A DNA stretch of 62,158 nt from Campylobacterota bacterium (lineage in GTDB: Bacteria; Campylobacterota; Campylobacteria; Campylobacterales; Sulfurimonadaceae). The DNA lies in NCBI GenBank assembly GCA_034661055.1, contig JAYEKO010000004.1, forward strand, positions 1 to 62,158. Direction: 5' to 3'. A program made the position numbers and the translations under genes. Shown in pieces: positions 19,826 to 29,428 of this stretch (positions are counted from its first letter, which is position 1; every line of letters begins with the position of its first letter). The notes below the pieces were generated by a model that was not told the DNA's origin, ran no database searches, and was given only the letters and a program-made list of their open reading frames with translations.

Positions 19826-21130
19826 ATGAAGATAAAAGAAAAAGAGTACCAAAAACGTCGTAAGAAACTTTTAAAAAGTATTAATGAAGGTGTTATGCTT
19901 GTCCCATCAGCATCTCATCAAACACGTTCTAACGATACGGAGTACCCGTTTAGACAAAATAGTAATTTCTATTACTTAACCGGATTTAAAGAAGATAATG
20001 CCATATTACTGCTAAAGCGTACAAAAAAAAGTTTAAAATCAGTACTGTTTGTTCAATCTAAAGACAGAGACTTGGAGTTATGGACAGGAGAGCGTCTTGG
20101 CGTAAAAGCTGCAAAAAAACGTTTTAATGTCAATAAGGTCTATGATGTTAAGCAGTTTGATAATAGAGTAAAAAAGCTGCTTAAAAATAGTAAAAATGTA
20201 CATATTGATCTCTTTAATAACAGTAGTTTTTTAAAAAAAGTACAAAATACATGTAAAACGTTAGATTCCGATAGAAGCGTTAAAATTTCTCCACAAAACT
20301 TTTTACATGTAAATACAAAAATAGAGAAAATGCGATTAATCAAGTCAGATTCTGAGATTAAGACCATTAAAGAGGCGATACGCATTACTAAAATTGCTCA
20401 TGAGAATGCAATGAAAATGGTGCATCCTAATCAGTTTGAGTATGAAGTGCAGTCATCAATTGAACACACTTTTAAAAGTAATGGTGCCTACAGCGATGCC
20501 TATACCACAATAGTTGCTGGTGGCAATCGTGCCAATACACTTCACTATATTAAAAATAGCCATCTTTTAAAGCAGGGTGATTTACTTCTTGTAGATGCAG
20601 GGTGTGAATTTGAGATGTATGCGAGCGATATTACTCGTACATTTCCAGTTTCAAGAAAGTTTTCAAAACCTCAAAAAAAGCTATATAATATGATTTTAAA
20701 GGTACAGCGCAATATCATTAATGCTATTGAGCCTGGGATTAAACGCTCTTACTTGCAACGTATGTGTGAAGAGCAACTATGTCAGGGGTTAATTGATTTA
20801 AAAATTCTAAAAGGTAAGAAGAAAAAGCTAATGAAGTCCAATGCTCATAAAAAATACTTTCCGCATGGAGTAGGGCACTGGATGGGAATTGATGTACACG
20901 ATGAGTGTCCATATAGTGATGAGCATGGTAAAGAGCTTCTATTTAAAAAAGGAATGGTGCTTACCATAGAACCAGGGATTTATATTGACAAAGAGAGTAA
21001 AAATGTACCTGCAAAATATAGAGGCATTGGGATTCGTATAGAAGATAATATTTTAGTGACAAAAAGAGGATTTAAGAATCTCTCTAAAAAAATTGCTAAA
21101 ACAGTCAAAGAGATAGAGCAACTCAGCTAA
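19826..21130 (+). CDS. pepP: Xaa-Pro aminopeptidase P
   Basis: FRQNSNFYYLTG, DAGCE, SDITRT, HGVGHWMGIDVHD, TIEPG, RIEDNI. Confidence 0.93.
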   Translation: MKIKEKEYQKRRKKLLKSINEGVMLVPSASHQTRSNDTEYPFRQNSNFYYLTGFKEDNAILLLKRTKKSLKSVLFVQSKDRDLELWTGERLGVKAAKKRFNVNKVYDVKQFDNRVKKLLKNSKNVHIDLFNNSSFLKKVQNTCKTLDSDRSVKISPQNFLHVNTKIEKMRLIKSDSEIKTIKEAIRITKIAHENAMKMVHPNQFEYEVQSSIEHTFKSNGAYSDAYTTIVAGGNRANTLHYIKNSHLLKQGDLLLVDAGCEFEMYASDITRTFPVSRKFSKPQKKLYNMILKVQRNIINAIEPGIKRSYLQRMCEEQLCQGLIDLKILKGKKKKLMKSNAHKKYFPHGVGHWMGIDVHDECPYSDEHGKELLFKKGMVLTIEPGIYIDKESKNVPAKYRGIGIRIEDNILVTKRGFKNLSKKIAKTVKEIEQLS

Positions 21131-21164
21131 AGGTAGTATATTACAATGCCAAAAGAAGGAAACT

Positions 21165-21779
21165 GTGTTTAAAGATCATCAAAAAGTTAATTGTCCTTCA
21201 TGTGGTGACAATTTACCACTTCATTTTCACTACTCTAAACTTGCGCAGTGTTCATCATGTGGCTCTCATATTTTTTTAGATGATGAAGGGGCACGACTTG
21301 CAGGAGAGCAGTCAGTCCTTCCAAATACACCTTCTCTTATTGCTCTTAATCAAGTATTTACCTACAATTATGAAAACTATACACCTATTGGCCATATTCG
21401 TTACGGTGCAGGCAGAAACAGATGGGATGAATGGTGGGTTGTTGACTCTAATGGTAAGGGTCTTTGGTTGAGCATTGATGATGGAGATTACATCTTAGAA
21501 AAAGAGGTTAACCTTACGCTGCCTACCTACTCATTTAAGAGCTTGAAGTTGGGCCAAGATATTGACGGTTGGACTATTACTGAACTTGATGAGGGAACAT
21601 GTTTAGGGTATGAGGGTGAGCTTCCTGAGGTAGTTGAGGTAGGTGAAATGCACTATTATGCACATCTTTCTAAAAAAAGTGGTGTCATGCTCACGATTGA
21701 GTTTTTTGCCAATACCAAAAAATTTTACTCTGGAAAATGGCTAGACCCGTATGAGATTAGAAAGGCACTCTCATCATGA
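21165..21779 (+). CDS. DUF4178-domain protein with N-terminal Zn ribbon
   Basis: CPSC..CSSC; W.EWW, WLS.DDG, EGELP motifs. Confidence 0.8.
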   Translation: MFKDHQKVNCPSCGDNLPLHFHYSKLAQCSSCGSHIFLDDEGARLAGEQSVLPNTPSLIALNQVFTYNYENYTPIGHIRYGAGRNRWDEWWVVDSNGKGLWLSIDDGDYILEKEVNLTLPTYSFKSLKLGQDIDGWTITELDEGTCLGYEGELPEVVEVGEMHYYAHLSKKSGVMLTIEFFANTKKFYSGKWLDPYEIRKALSS

Positions 21780-22999
21780 GTGCTTATGCAATAAACTGTC
21801 CTAACTGTGGCGGAAGTTTAGATGTTTTAGGTGGTGGTCGTCAGATAGTCACATTTACATGTAAATACTGCGGAAGCATTTTAGATGTAGAAGATGAATA
21901 CAGAGTCTTGGGAACATTTTTAAAAGTTAAATTGCCATCAAGCCCATTTCGTTTAGGCATGATAGCAACACTTAAAGGGGTAGAGTTTACTATTATTGGT
22001 ATGGTAGCTTATAACTGTGAAGGTGATAAATGGATTGATTATATGCTTCATTCACCTACACATGGGTATGCATGGTTGAGTTTTGAAGATGGAAATACGA
22101 TTTTCTCTCGCCGTACTCGTGATCTTCCATCTAGAAATATGGTAGCACTCACACCTAAAGAGAGTTTTGAGTTTGATGGCAGAAGCTATAGGTTTTATGA
22201 GCAGTATAGAGTAGAGATTACTTATGTTCAAGGAGAGTTGACATGGGTGGCACGTAAAGGTGATGTGACGAGTGTATATGATGCAATCTCTCCTCCTTAT
22301 GGGCTCAGTTATGAGCGTAGCGGTAGCGAGTCAGAATATGTTATTAGTGAGTATCTTGAAGCCGATGAGGTCTATAAGAGCTTTAATATTACCAGTAATA
22401 CGAAGCAGAAATTTCATCCTCTTAAACCGTTTCATGCTCCTAAATCTAAAACACTATCTAAAGTTAGTCTATATTTTGGACTGCTGAGTCTATTTATGAT
22501 TATTCTTTTGTCAACTTCTTATAGTGGAACACTTGTCGGTGGTGATACATTTACAGGAAAATCAAAAGAGATTTCATTTCATATAGATGATCCAAGCCAT
22601 CTAGTTGAGCTTGATATTTATGCCAATGTAGATAATGACTGGATCTATTATGATATTTCTGTAATTAACCAGCAAAATAGTAAAGAGGTCTACTCTTTGG
22701 GTGAAGAGGTGTCGTACTACTACGGTTATGATGGTGGAGAGAGTTGGACGGAGGGATCTCAAAGTGCTGAAGCATTCTTTAAAGTAGATTTAGCTGGAGA
22801 TTATCTTTTGAAATTTGATGCTCCAGAGTATCATAGAGCAGTAAACACAAGTGTCACTATTAAACAGAGTGTGGTGCGAAGTGTCTATTTTATTGCTTTA
22901 ATGATCTTTTTTCTTTTAGCTGCATCCATATATCTGATACAATTAGCATCACACCATACAAGACTATGGAAGCATTTGCAAGAAGATGATGATGACTAA
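21776..22999 (+). CDS. DUF4178-domain membrane protein with Zn ribbon
   Basis: CPNCG..CKYCG; WLSFEDG, VQGEL; YYGYDGGESWTEGS; two TM segments. Confidence 0.82.
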   Translation: MSAYAINCPNCGGSLDVLGGGRQIVTFTCKYCGSILDVEDEYRVLGTFLKVKLPSSPFRLGMIATLKGVEFTIIGMVAYNCEGDKWIDYMLHSPTHGYAWLSFEDGNTIFSRRTRDLPSRNMVALTPKESFEFDGRSYRFYEQYRVEITYVQGELTWVARKGDVTSVYDAISPPYGLSYERSGSESEYVISEYLEADEVYKSFNITSNTKQKFHPLKPFHAPKSKTLSKVSLYFGLLSLFMIILLSTSYSGTLVGGDTFTGKSKEISFHIDDPSHLVELDIYANVDNDWIYYDISVINQQNSKEVYSLGEEVSYYYGYDGGESWTEGSQSAEAFFKVDLAGDYLLKFDAPEYHRAVNTSVTIKQSVVRSVYFIALMIFFLLAASIYLIQLASHHTRLWKHLQEDDDD

Positions 23000-23144
23000 T
23001 TTTTTTATAGTGTTTTTTACAATTTTAACCTTTGGAGTTGGATATTTAACCTTCAATGATATTGGTTTGCAAGATACTAATTTTAGTGACAACAGTGTGC
23101 GTTCTGGAAGTGGAGGAACAAGTGGTTATCGTCATGGAAAATAA
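22992..23144 (+). CDS. Small membrane-anchored protein with SVRSGS...HGK tail (not in ORF track)
   Basis: MTNFFIVFFTILTFGVGYLTFNDIGLQDTNFSDNSVRSGSGGTSGYRHGK*; overlaps the upstream stop and fills the operon gap. Confidence 0.75.
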   Translation: MTNFFIVFFTILTFGVGYLTFNDIGLQDTNFSDNSVRSGSGGTSGYRHGK

Positions 23145-23159
23145 TTTTAAGGAGAGTAA

Positions 23160-23372
23160 ATGGAAGAGTTAGGATTAAAATATCTGCTATCAACAGTGGT
23201 TTATAGTTTTTTAGGTCTATTGCTGTTTGTATCAGCACTCTATATTATTGAGAAGATTACACATTTTTCTGTGAGTAAGAAAGTGGTACAAGATGGTAAT
23301 ATTGCCGTAAGTATTGTGGTAGGTTGTATTATTATAGCCATGGGAATTATTGTCTCATCAGCAATTAGGTAG
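23160..23372 (+). CDS. DUF350 family small membrane protein
   Basis: Two TM, EKITHF...GNIAVSI..IIVSSAI; AAGGAG RBS. Confidence 0.85.
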   Translation: MEELGLKYLLSTVVYSFLGLLLFVSALYIIEKITHFSVSKKVVQDGNIAVSIVVGCIIIAMGIIVSSAIR

Positions 23373-23373
23373 G

Positions 23374-24891
23374 GTGTTGGAGCATCAGCAAAAAGCTAAA
23401 GAGATAGTACTTCTCTTCTCCACCTTTTTAATTGCAATTAGTGGCTTGGTCTATGAGCTTTTGGCAGGGACCGTATCAAGCTATTTTTTGGGTGACTCAA
23501 TCTTTCATTTCTCTTTAGTCATTGGACTTTTTATGAGTTCTATGGGAATAGGGTCGTGGCTCTCACGTTTTGTTGAAAAAGAGTTACTTAAAGTCTTTAT
23601 TGTGCTCCAGCTATTTATTGCTGTAATTGGGGGTTTTAGTGCGGTTGTTCTGTTTTACGCTTTTGCAGTTATTGAGAACTATACCTCATTTTTATATTTA
23701 AGTACCATCTTAATTGGTGCAATGCTTGGTGTTGAAATTCCGTTAATTATTCGAATTTTAAAAGATTATTTTAGTCTTAAGACTAATGTTTCCAATGTCT
23801 TTACTATGGACTACATTGGTGCTTTAATTGCAGCACTGCTGTTTCCTATGGTTTTTTTGCCAAAATTGGGACTCTTACAGACCAGCCTGTTCTTTGGCGC
23901 TTTAAATACTTTTGTAGCCCTAATGACATGGTATCTGTTTCGCCAAGAACTGCCTAAAAGGGTATTGGGTTACATTGTTGGAGTGATCGCTCTTTTAGGA
24001 GTTGGTTCTGTTAGCTTGGGGAGCTATTCAGCTTTTATTGAACATCGACTCTATCAAGATGAGATTATCTACTCAGAGACCTCGCCCTATCAAAATATGG
24101 TGCTGACTAGAAATGGTGAGCGTTACCGACTCTACATCAATGGCGCACTTCAGTTTGACACACTAGATGAATATCGCTACCATGAAGCGTTAGTTCATCC
24201 TGCAATGATTTCAACCAAGTCCCATGAGAATATTCTCATTATTGGTGGCGGTGACGCAATGGCACTGCGTGAGGTTCTTAAGTATGACGATGTTAAAGCG
24301 GTAACATTAGTTGACCTAGATGCTAAGATTACGGAGCTTTTTTCTAACAATATTTTGGTGCAGAGGTTAAACGATAATGCGTTTAATGATGAGCGTGTCA
24401 AGGTACATAATGTTGATGCATGGAAGTTTTTAGAACACGCTAAAACGCTCTATGATGTTATTATTATTGACCTTCCAGATCCAAATAACATCTCATTAAG
24501 TAGACTTTACTCAAAAAGTTTCTATACCTTAGTAAAAAATCATCTCTCATTTGCTGGGGCAATGGTGTGTCAATCGACATCACCGCTGTATGCACGTCAA
24601 GCATTCTACTCTATTGTAAATACCGTTAGAAGTACCGGTATGGAGGTGTTAGCATATCATGTATATGTTCCTAGTTTTGGAGAGTGGGGATTTACTTTGG
24701 CAATGAATCATACCATTGAGATGAACGCCAATAAGCTGCCTAAAAATCTTAAGTATCTGGATGAAACACAGTTAGATAATATGACAATTTTTGCACCCGA
24801 TATGCAAGAGATTAACGCTAGTGTTAATACGTTAATGCATCATAGTCTAATGCACTACTATAACGAGGGATGGTCTTACTGGTATGAGTGA
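23374..24891 (+). CDS. speE: Membrane-bound polyamine aminopropyltransferase (SpeE-like with multi-TM N-terminal domain)
   Basis: GLVYEL, SPYQ, DEYRYHEAL, IGGGDAMALRE, IIDLPDP, VPSFGEWGF; start uncertain (23350-23377). Confidence 0.88.
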   Translation: MLEHQQKAKEIVLLFSTFLIAISGLVYELLAGTVSSYFLGDSIFHFSLVIGLFMSSMGIGSWLSRFVEKELLKVFIVLQLFIAVIGGFSAVVLFYAFAVIENYTSFLYLSTILIGAMLGVEIPLIIRILKDYFSLKTNVSNVFTMDYIGALIAALLFPMVFLPKLGLLQTSLFFGALNTFVALMTWYLFRQELPKRVLGYIVGVIALLGVGSVSLGSYSAFIEHRLYQDEIIYSETSPYQNMVLTRNGERYRLYINGALQFDTLDEYRYHEALVHPAMISTKSHENILIIGGGDAMALREVLKYDDVKAVTLVDLDAKITELFSNNILVQRLNDNAFNDERVKVHNVDAWKFLEHAKTLYDVIIIDLPDPNNISLSRLYSKSFYTLVKNHLSFAGAMVCQSTSPLYARQAFYSIVNTVRSTGMEVLAYHVYVPSFGEWGFTLAMNHTIEMNANKLPKNLKYLDETQLDNMTIFAPDMQEINASVNTLMHHSLMHYYNEGWSYWYE

Positions 24892-25999
24892 GTTTAATGA
24901 TGTAGAGACCCCCGTTTTTGTCTGTGAGATGAAACAACTAGAAGCCAATTTAAAACTTCTTGATGACATTCAGGATAAAAGTGGAGTAAAAATTCTTTTG
25001 GCCCTAAAGGGGTTTGCTTTACATGAAAGCTTTAGTCTTATAAGTAGATATCTTCAAGGTGCTTCAGCTAGCTCACTTAATGAGGCACGCTTGGCGTATG
25101 AAAAATTTTCTAAAGAGGTGCACACATATTCTCCCGCATTTAAAGAGCGTGAACTTCTTGAAATTGCAAAAATTAGTACTACATGTATTTTTAATTCTTT
25201 GTCACAGTATCATCAGTTTTACCCTAAAATAAAAGAGATGACGTCGTGTGGATTACGCATTAATTTAGAGATGTCATTTGATATTCCGTCTCACTGTAAT
25301 GCAAACCGTAAACAGAGCAGATTTGGAGTGCTAGCAGAGGCTTTAGAGGTTGTGCCTCAAGGTCTTGAAGGACTGCATGTACACGCCTTGTGTTCGCAAG
25401 ACTCGTATGCTTTAGAGGAGGTTATTGTTAAGTTTGAACAGCAGTTCTCCTCAGAGTTACATAAGCTTAAATGGCTTAATCTTGGAGGTGGTCATAGATT
25501 TACATGTAAACATTACAACAGAGAACATTTTATTAGTATTATGAAAAACTTTCAAGAGAAATACCCTAACTTAACACTTTATGTGGAGCCTTCAGAGGCG
25601 ATTGTACATGAGAGTGGTGTTCTTGTTGCAACAGTTTTAGATTTGGTTCATAACGAGGTAGATATTGCCATATTAGATGTTTCTGTTGAGGTGCATATGA
25701 CTGACGTAATGCTGACAAAAGTTTCTCCAGTGGTTCACAATGCCCAGAGTTCTGGAGCCTATTGTTATCAGTTAGCCGGCAATAGTTGTGCCGCAGGAGA
25801 TGTTTTTGGAGATTACTATTTTAAAGAACCGTTAATTGTTGGTGATAAAATAGTGTTTTTAGATCAGATGGCATACTCTATGGTTAAAAGTACGGGATTT
25901 AATGGAATTAACCCCGCAAATATTGCTTTAAAAGGCTTAGATGGTAATTTACATGTAATTAATGAGTTCTCTTATGAGGATTATTTAAGCAGGTTGTAG
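24884..25999 (+). CDS. nspC: Carboxynorspermidine/carboxyspermidine decarboxylase family (fold III PLP enzyme)
   Basis: LLALKGF (PLP Lys), ASSLNEA, HTYSPAF, NLGGGH, CAAGDVFG, YSMVK..FNG. Confidence 0.82.
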   Translation: MSEFNDVETPVFVCEMKQLEANLKLLDDIQDKSGVKILLALKGFALHESFSLISRYLQGASASSLNEARLAYEKFSKEVHTYSPAFKERELLEIAKISTTCIFNSLSQYHQFYPKIKEMTSCGLRINLEMSFDIPSHCNANRKQSRFGVLAEALEVVPQGLEGLHVHALCSQDSYALEEVIVKFEQQFSSELHKLKWLNLGGGHRFTCKHYNREHFISIMKNFQEKYPNLTLYVEPSEAIVHESGVLVATVLDLVHNEVDIAILDVSVEVHMTDVMLTKVSPVVHNAQSSGAYCYQLAGNSCAAGDVFGDYYFKEPLIVGDKIVFLDQMAYSMVKSTGFNGINPANIALKGLDGNLHVINEFSYEDYLSRL

Positions 26000-26009
26000 C
26001 CTAGGATGA

Positions 26010-26441
26010 TTACTCGCTATATGAGTATGTCCATCCTGTAAGTCCATCTTTTGCCTCTTTAAACTCCGTAGCATCAGCTTCAAAATCAAAAATATACATC
26101 TTTGTATTTGGCATCTCTTTCATCTCTTCTTGTTTAAATAGATGCATAGGCATAGGAGTCTTTTGCTGTGTGACTGAAAATGCTACTACCCCAATACCTG
26201 AGATGAGGTCAATAACATCAAATATATTATACTGCTTGCAAAACTTCTCAAATACAGGTGTTATTACTTCATTTGGAAGTGCCTCTTGAGTGTTTAAAAA
26301 TATGGTAAAATGAACGGGAGCAGGGGAGTCGTCACGCAGTGATGGTTGTGCCATCATAATGTACTCAACACCTTCTAAATGAGACTGTAACTCATCTTTT
26401 TCTAAATATCGCGTCGCTTGTAGTGCTTCGATTTCTTTCAA
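26010..26441 (-). CDS. Hypothetical protein
   Basis: 143 aa ORF abutting the upstream gene, AAGGA RBS. Confidence 0.75.
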   Translation of the reverse strand: MKEIEALQATRYLEKDELQSHLEGVEYIMMAQPSLRDDSPAPVHFTIFLNTQEALPNEVITPVFEKFCKQYNIFDVIDLISGIGVVAFSVTQQKTPMPMHLFKQEEMKEMPNTKMYIFDFEADATEFKEAKDGLTGWTYSYSE

Positions 26442-27917
26442 TTAGTTTTCCTTAATTTTAAAGTCAGGTTCAGACAAAAAATATCCTTGCAGATAGTTGG
26501 CTTCACTTTTTTGAGCAGACAATAGCTCTTCTTCACTTTGAATGGATTTAATTACTGTTTTAATATTCATTTTTTTACACAGGAGTAATACATCGTATGT
26601 ATCGCACTCTATAGTGTCAAAATTTAATTTCACAATATCAGGATTACAATATAGAATATCCTTTAAATCAATAGTGTCAGGGTCAAAGTTATCTAATGCT
26701 ACCAAGACCCCAAGCTTTTTTAGATGATTAATGCATTGTTTTATATCTTCTTTTGTGTGCTTAGATGTTTGATGCAGTCCATTAATCTCTATGCAAAGTT
26801 GTGAAGGAAGTGTACCACTGTTTTTTAATAGTGTATCAAGATTTTGTCTCATAGAGTCATGACAAAGTGTGCTAATATGTAAGTTTATATGAAGTGCTAT
26901 AGAGTGTTTTTGCATTACAGAGATGGCCTGTTTGAGCATTGTAATGTCAAGATCAAGATTAACAGTTTGATGAGTAATAAATGGAATAAAATCCTTTGCT
27001 TTAATGTTCTCGTTATTTGGAAGCAGAATCCTTGCAAAAAGTTCATAAGCACAAGGTTGCATATTCTGTAAGTCATATATGGGCTGAAAAATGGGAACAA
27101 CTTGTTGATGTTTAAGTGCTTCTTGTAGTTCAAATATAGTCTGTGGTGTTTTACTTAAGCCAGAACTATTGTAATGAGACCTTCTAAAACTGTTAATCTC
27201 AATAGTTGAAAGATTATTTTTTGTACTCTCAATTGCTTCTTTTAAATTAGTGTAGTGATTAGGTTGGGTATTAATTGCTATTTTAATATCTGCTTGTATG
27301 TAGAGACCTTCTATTACAATAGGTTTTGATACAATAACATCTATTATTCTCTGGGCTAAAATGTCAGATTGAGAATCTCTTTTTCTTCTATAAAAAATAA
27401 CAAAATTTGCATCCTCAAAACGTATAAAAATATCGTGGTTTCTAATAATTCTTAAGACTCTATTGGCAACAGAGGTGACAAGAGTATTGGTAATATTTTC
27501 ATCATATATGCTCTTAATTGCGTCGAAGTTTTCAATTTGAAGCAGTAGAACCTGATACTCTTTGGGGTTAAGTGTGTTCATGATTTTATTGTAATATTTT
27601 CTATCGAAGACTTTTGTATTTGGATCCAATGAGCTCTTGCTTTTGTGGCGATAGAAGAAAAAAAGTTGAATATATCCAATAGTTAATAGAATAAAAAGTA
27701 AAGAGACAACCTGTAAGGTCAAGTTAGTAAAAGGGTTAATAATCTCTCTAAGTTCTGTAATAACTTTATGATCCATTTGAGACATATGGATAATATTATG
27801 AATTTCCTGCGTAGTTGTTGTGTAGTCTTTATATAAAAAAATAACTAAGAGTACAACCACGGGCAGAAGTATTAGAAAAACAGTAGAAAACTTACTAGGA
27901 CTTAATGTTGCTTGCAT
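26442..27917 (-). CDS. Membrane-anchored degenerate GGDEF-EAL protein
   Basis: Two TM; GGDEF position reads EDANF; EAL domain FQPIY, ELFAR, LDNFD, LQGYFLSEP. Confidence 0.8.
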   Translation of the reverse strand: MQATLSPSKFSTVFLILLPVVVLLVIFLYKDYTTTTQEIHNIIHMSQMDHKVITELREIINPFTNLTLQVVSLLFILLTIGYIQLFFFYRHKSKSSLDPNTKVFDRKYYNKIMNTLNPKEYQVLLLQIENFDAIKSIYDENITNTLVTSVANRVLRIIRNHDIFIRFEDANFVIFYRRKRDSQSDILAQRIIDVIVSKPIVIEGLYIQADIKIAINTQPNHYTNLKEAIESTKNNLSTIEINSFRRSHYNSSGLSKTPQTIFELQEALKHQQVVPIFQPIYDLQNMQPCAYELFARILLPNNENIKAKDFIPFITHQTVNLDLDITMLKQAISVMQKHSIALHINLHISTLCHDSMRQNLDTLLKNSGTLPSQLCIEINGLHQTSKHTKEDIKQCINHLKKLGVLVALDNFDPDTIDLKDILYCNPDIVKLNFDTIECDTYDVLLLCKKMNIKTVIKSIQSEEELLSAQKSEANYLQGYFLSEPDFKIKEN

Positions 27918-27924
27918 ATGAAAA

Positions 27925-28398
27925 TTATAGCATACCCTTAATGACAGTTGTAATGCCTACATGTAAATTGTAGTGGGCAATAGGAAAGTCGTCATCTATA
28001 TTTTCTAGATTAATCATGTAGCCACTTAAATAGGTCCCTAGCTCTTCTAGTTCAATTGATTGAAACTGCTTCGCCTTTTCACTGCTATATTTAGTCTCTA
28101 AAAGGGTCTCGTCCTCGTTGCTAGACTGAATTTTAAAGGCTAGGATCTTTAAAGAGACAAGATCACACCACTTTAAAAAAAGCTCAGATGTCAAATCTGT
28201 GGCAGTACGTCCTTCTGGTGTAAAAAGTAGTTTTTGCTCTCTTAGTGGAATTAAAACAGAGAGAATGGCGTTGACAAAAGGAACTGTTTTTTCTGCCCAA
28301 AATGGAGCTTCATTGCTCTTTTCTAGTGCTAACTCAAAAGATGAGAGTATCTCTTCTTTGCTTGAGTTATTTAGTTGACTGGCTATTGTTTGAAACAT
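27925..28398 (-). CDS. Hypothetical protein
   Basis: 157 aa ORF with normal composition, co-directional with downstream genes. Confidence 0.75.
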   Translation of the reverse strand: MFQTIASQLNNSSKEEILSSFELALEKSNEAPFWAEKTVPFVNAILSVLIPLREQKLLFTPEGRTATDLTSELFLKWCDLVSLKILAFKIQSSNEDETLLETKYSSEKAKQFQSIELEELGTYLSGYMINLENIDDDFPIAHYNLHVGITTVIKGML

Positions 28399-28476
28399 AA
28401 TATCTACTTCATAAAAATTTATCTGAAAAGGTAACCATTTTTTGTATAATGCGCACTTAAAAAATAAGGTTGTCCA

Positions 28477-29181
28477 TTGAATAAAAGTTATATAACCAAT
28501 TTTGTAGCGGTTTTACTTATTGCTACCTCACTTTTGCCCCTAAATGAGTTTTCAAAACCACTTCTATATGCAGGACTATTTGCACTATCTGGTGCTATAA
28601 CCAATCAGTTGGCCATACATATGCTTTTTGAAAAGGTACCTTTTCTTTACGGTTCAGGGATTATTCAAAAGAGATTTGAAGCGTTCAAAGAAGCCATTAA
28701 GAGTTTAATGATGACACAGTTCTTTACCAAAGAGCAGTTAGAAGAGTTTTTTGAAGCAGAAGAGAAAAAGATTAATTTAGCTCCTGTTGTAGAGTCAACC
28801 GATTTTACTCCGGCATTTGATGCACTTAGTAAAACAGTGATGGAATCAAGCTTAGGTGGTATGTTAAATATGTTTGGTGGTGAAAGTGCATTGGAGCAGC
28901 TTCGAGACCCATTTAGCAATAAAATGAAAAAAGCTGTCGTTAAAATTGTTCAAAGTGAGGCATTTGAGACACAACTTTCTCATCATATTCAACATTCATC
29001 ACTAAGTGCTGACCTTATAAGCTCTATTGAGGAGGTGATTCAAAAGCGTCTTGATGAACTTACTCCCATTATGATTAAAGAGATGGTGCATAATCTTATG
29101 AAAGAACATCTAGGTTGGCTAGTTGTTTGGGGTGGTATTTTTGGTGGACTTATTGGATTAGTGAGTTCATTCCTTTTATAG
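28477..29181 (+). CDS. DUF445 family membrane protein
   Basis: GAITNQLAIHMLF and HLGWLVVWGGIFGGLIG motifs. Confidence 0.85.
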   Translation: MNKSYITNFVAVLLIATSLLPLNEFSKPLLYAGLFALSGAITNQLAIHMLFEKVPFLYGSGIIQKRFEAFKEAIKSLMMTQFFTKEQLEEFFEAEEKKINLAPVVESTDFTPAFDALSKTVMESSLGGMLNMFGGESALEQLRDPFSNKMKKAVVKIVQSEAFETQLSHHIQHSSLSADLISSIEEVIQKRLDELTPIMIKEMVHNLMKEHLGWLVVWGGIFGGLIGLVSSFLL

Positions 29182-29217
29182 CCCTATTTTAAGGGTTTTA
29201 AAAATTAATTCTTAAAA

Positions 29218-29327
29218 TTTTACTACAAAGTTTTACTACATTTTGTAGTAAATCTGCATATTTTTGATAAATATTGCAAAAGAATTCAAGTTTTTATAAT
29301 ATCAATATTGTTTAGATTTTGACTACA
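29218..29327. repeat. TTTTACTACA direct/inverted repeats (possible integrase arm-type sites)
   Basis: 29218-29227 and 29231-29240 direct, TGTAGTAAA 29244-29252 inverted, TTTGACTACA 29318-29327. Confidence 0.5.
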
Positions 29328-29332
29328 TAAAC

Positions 29333-29428
29333 TGCGATGTTATGATTACTCATGTCAATCCATCAACTGATGAAAAACACATTAACGAAAAATATTACAA
29401 CAGCCCCATTAATACTTATTTTATATAG
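29333..29428 (+). pseudogene. Short fragment resembling a metallophosphoesterase segment
   Basis: Reads CDVMITHVNPSTDEKHINEKYYNSPINTYF (D-V-x-I-T-H-x-x-P motif). Confidence 0.35.
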
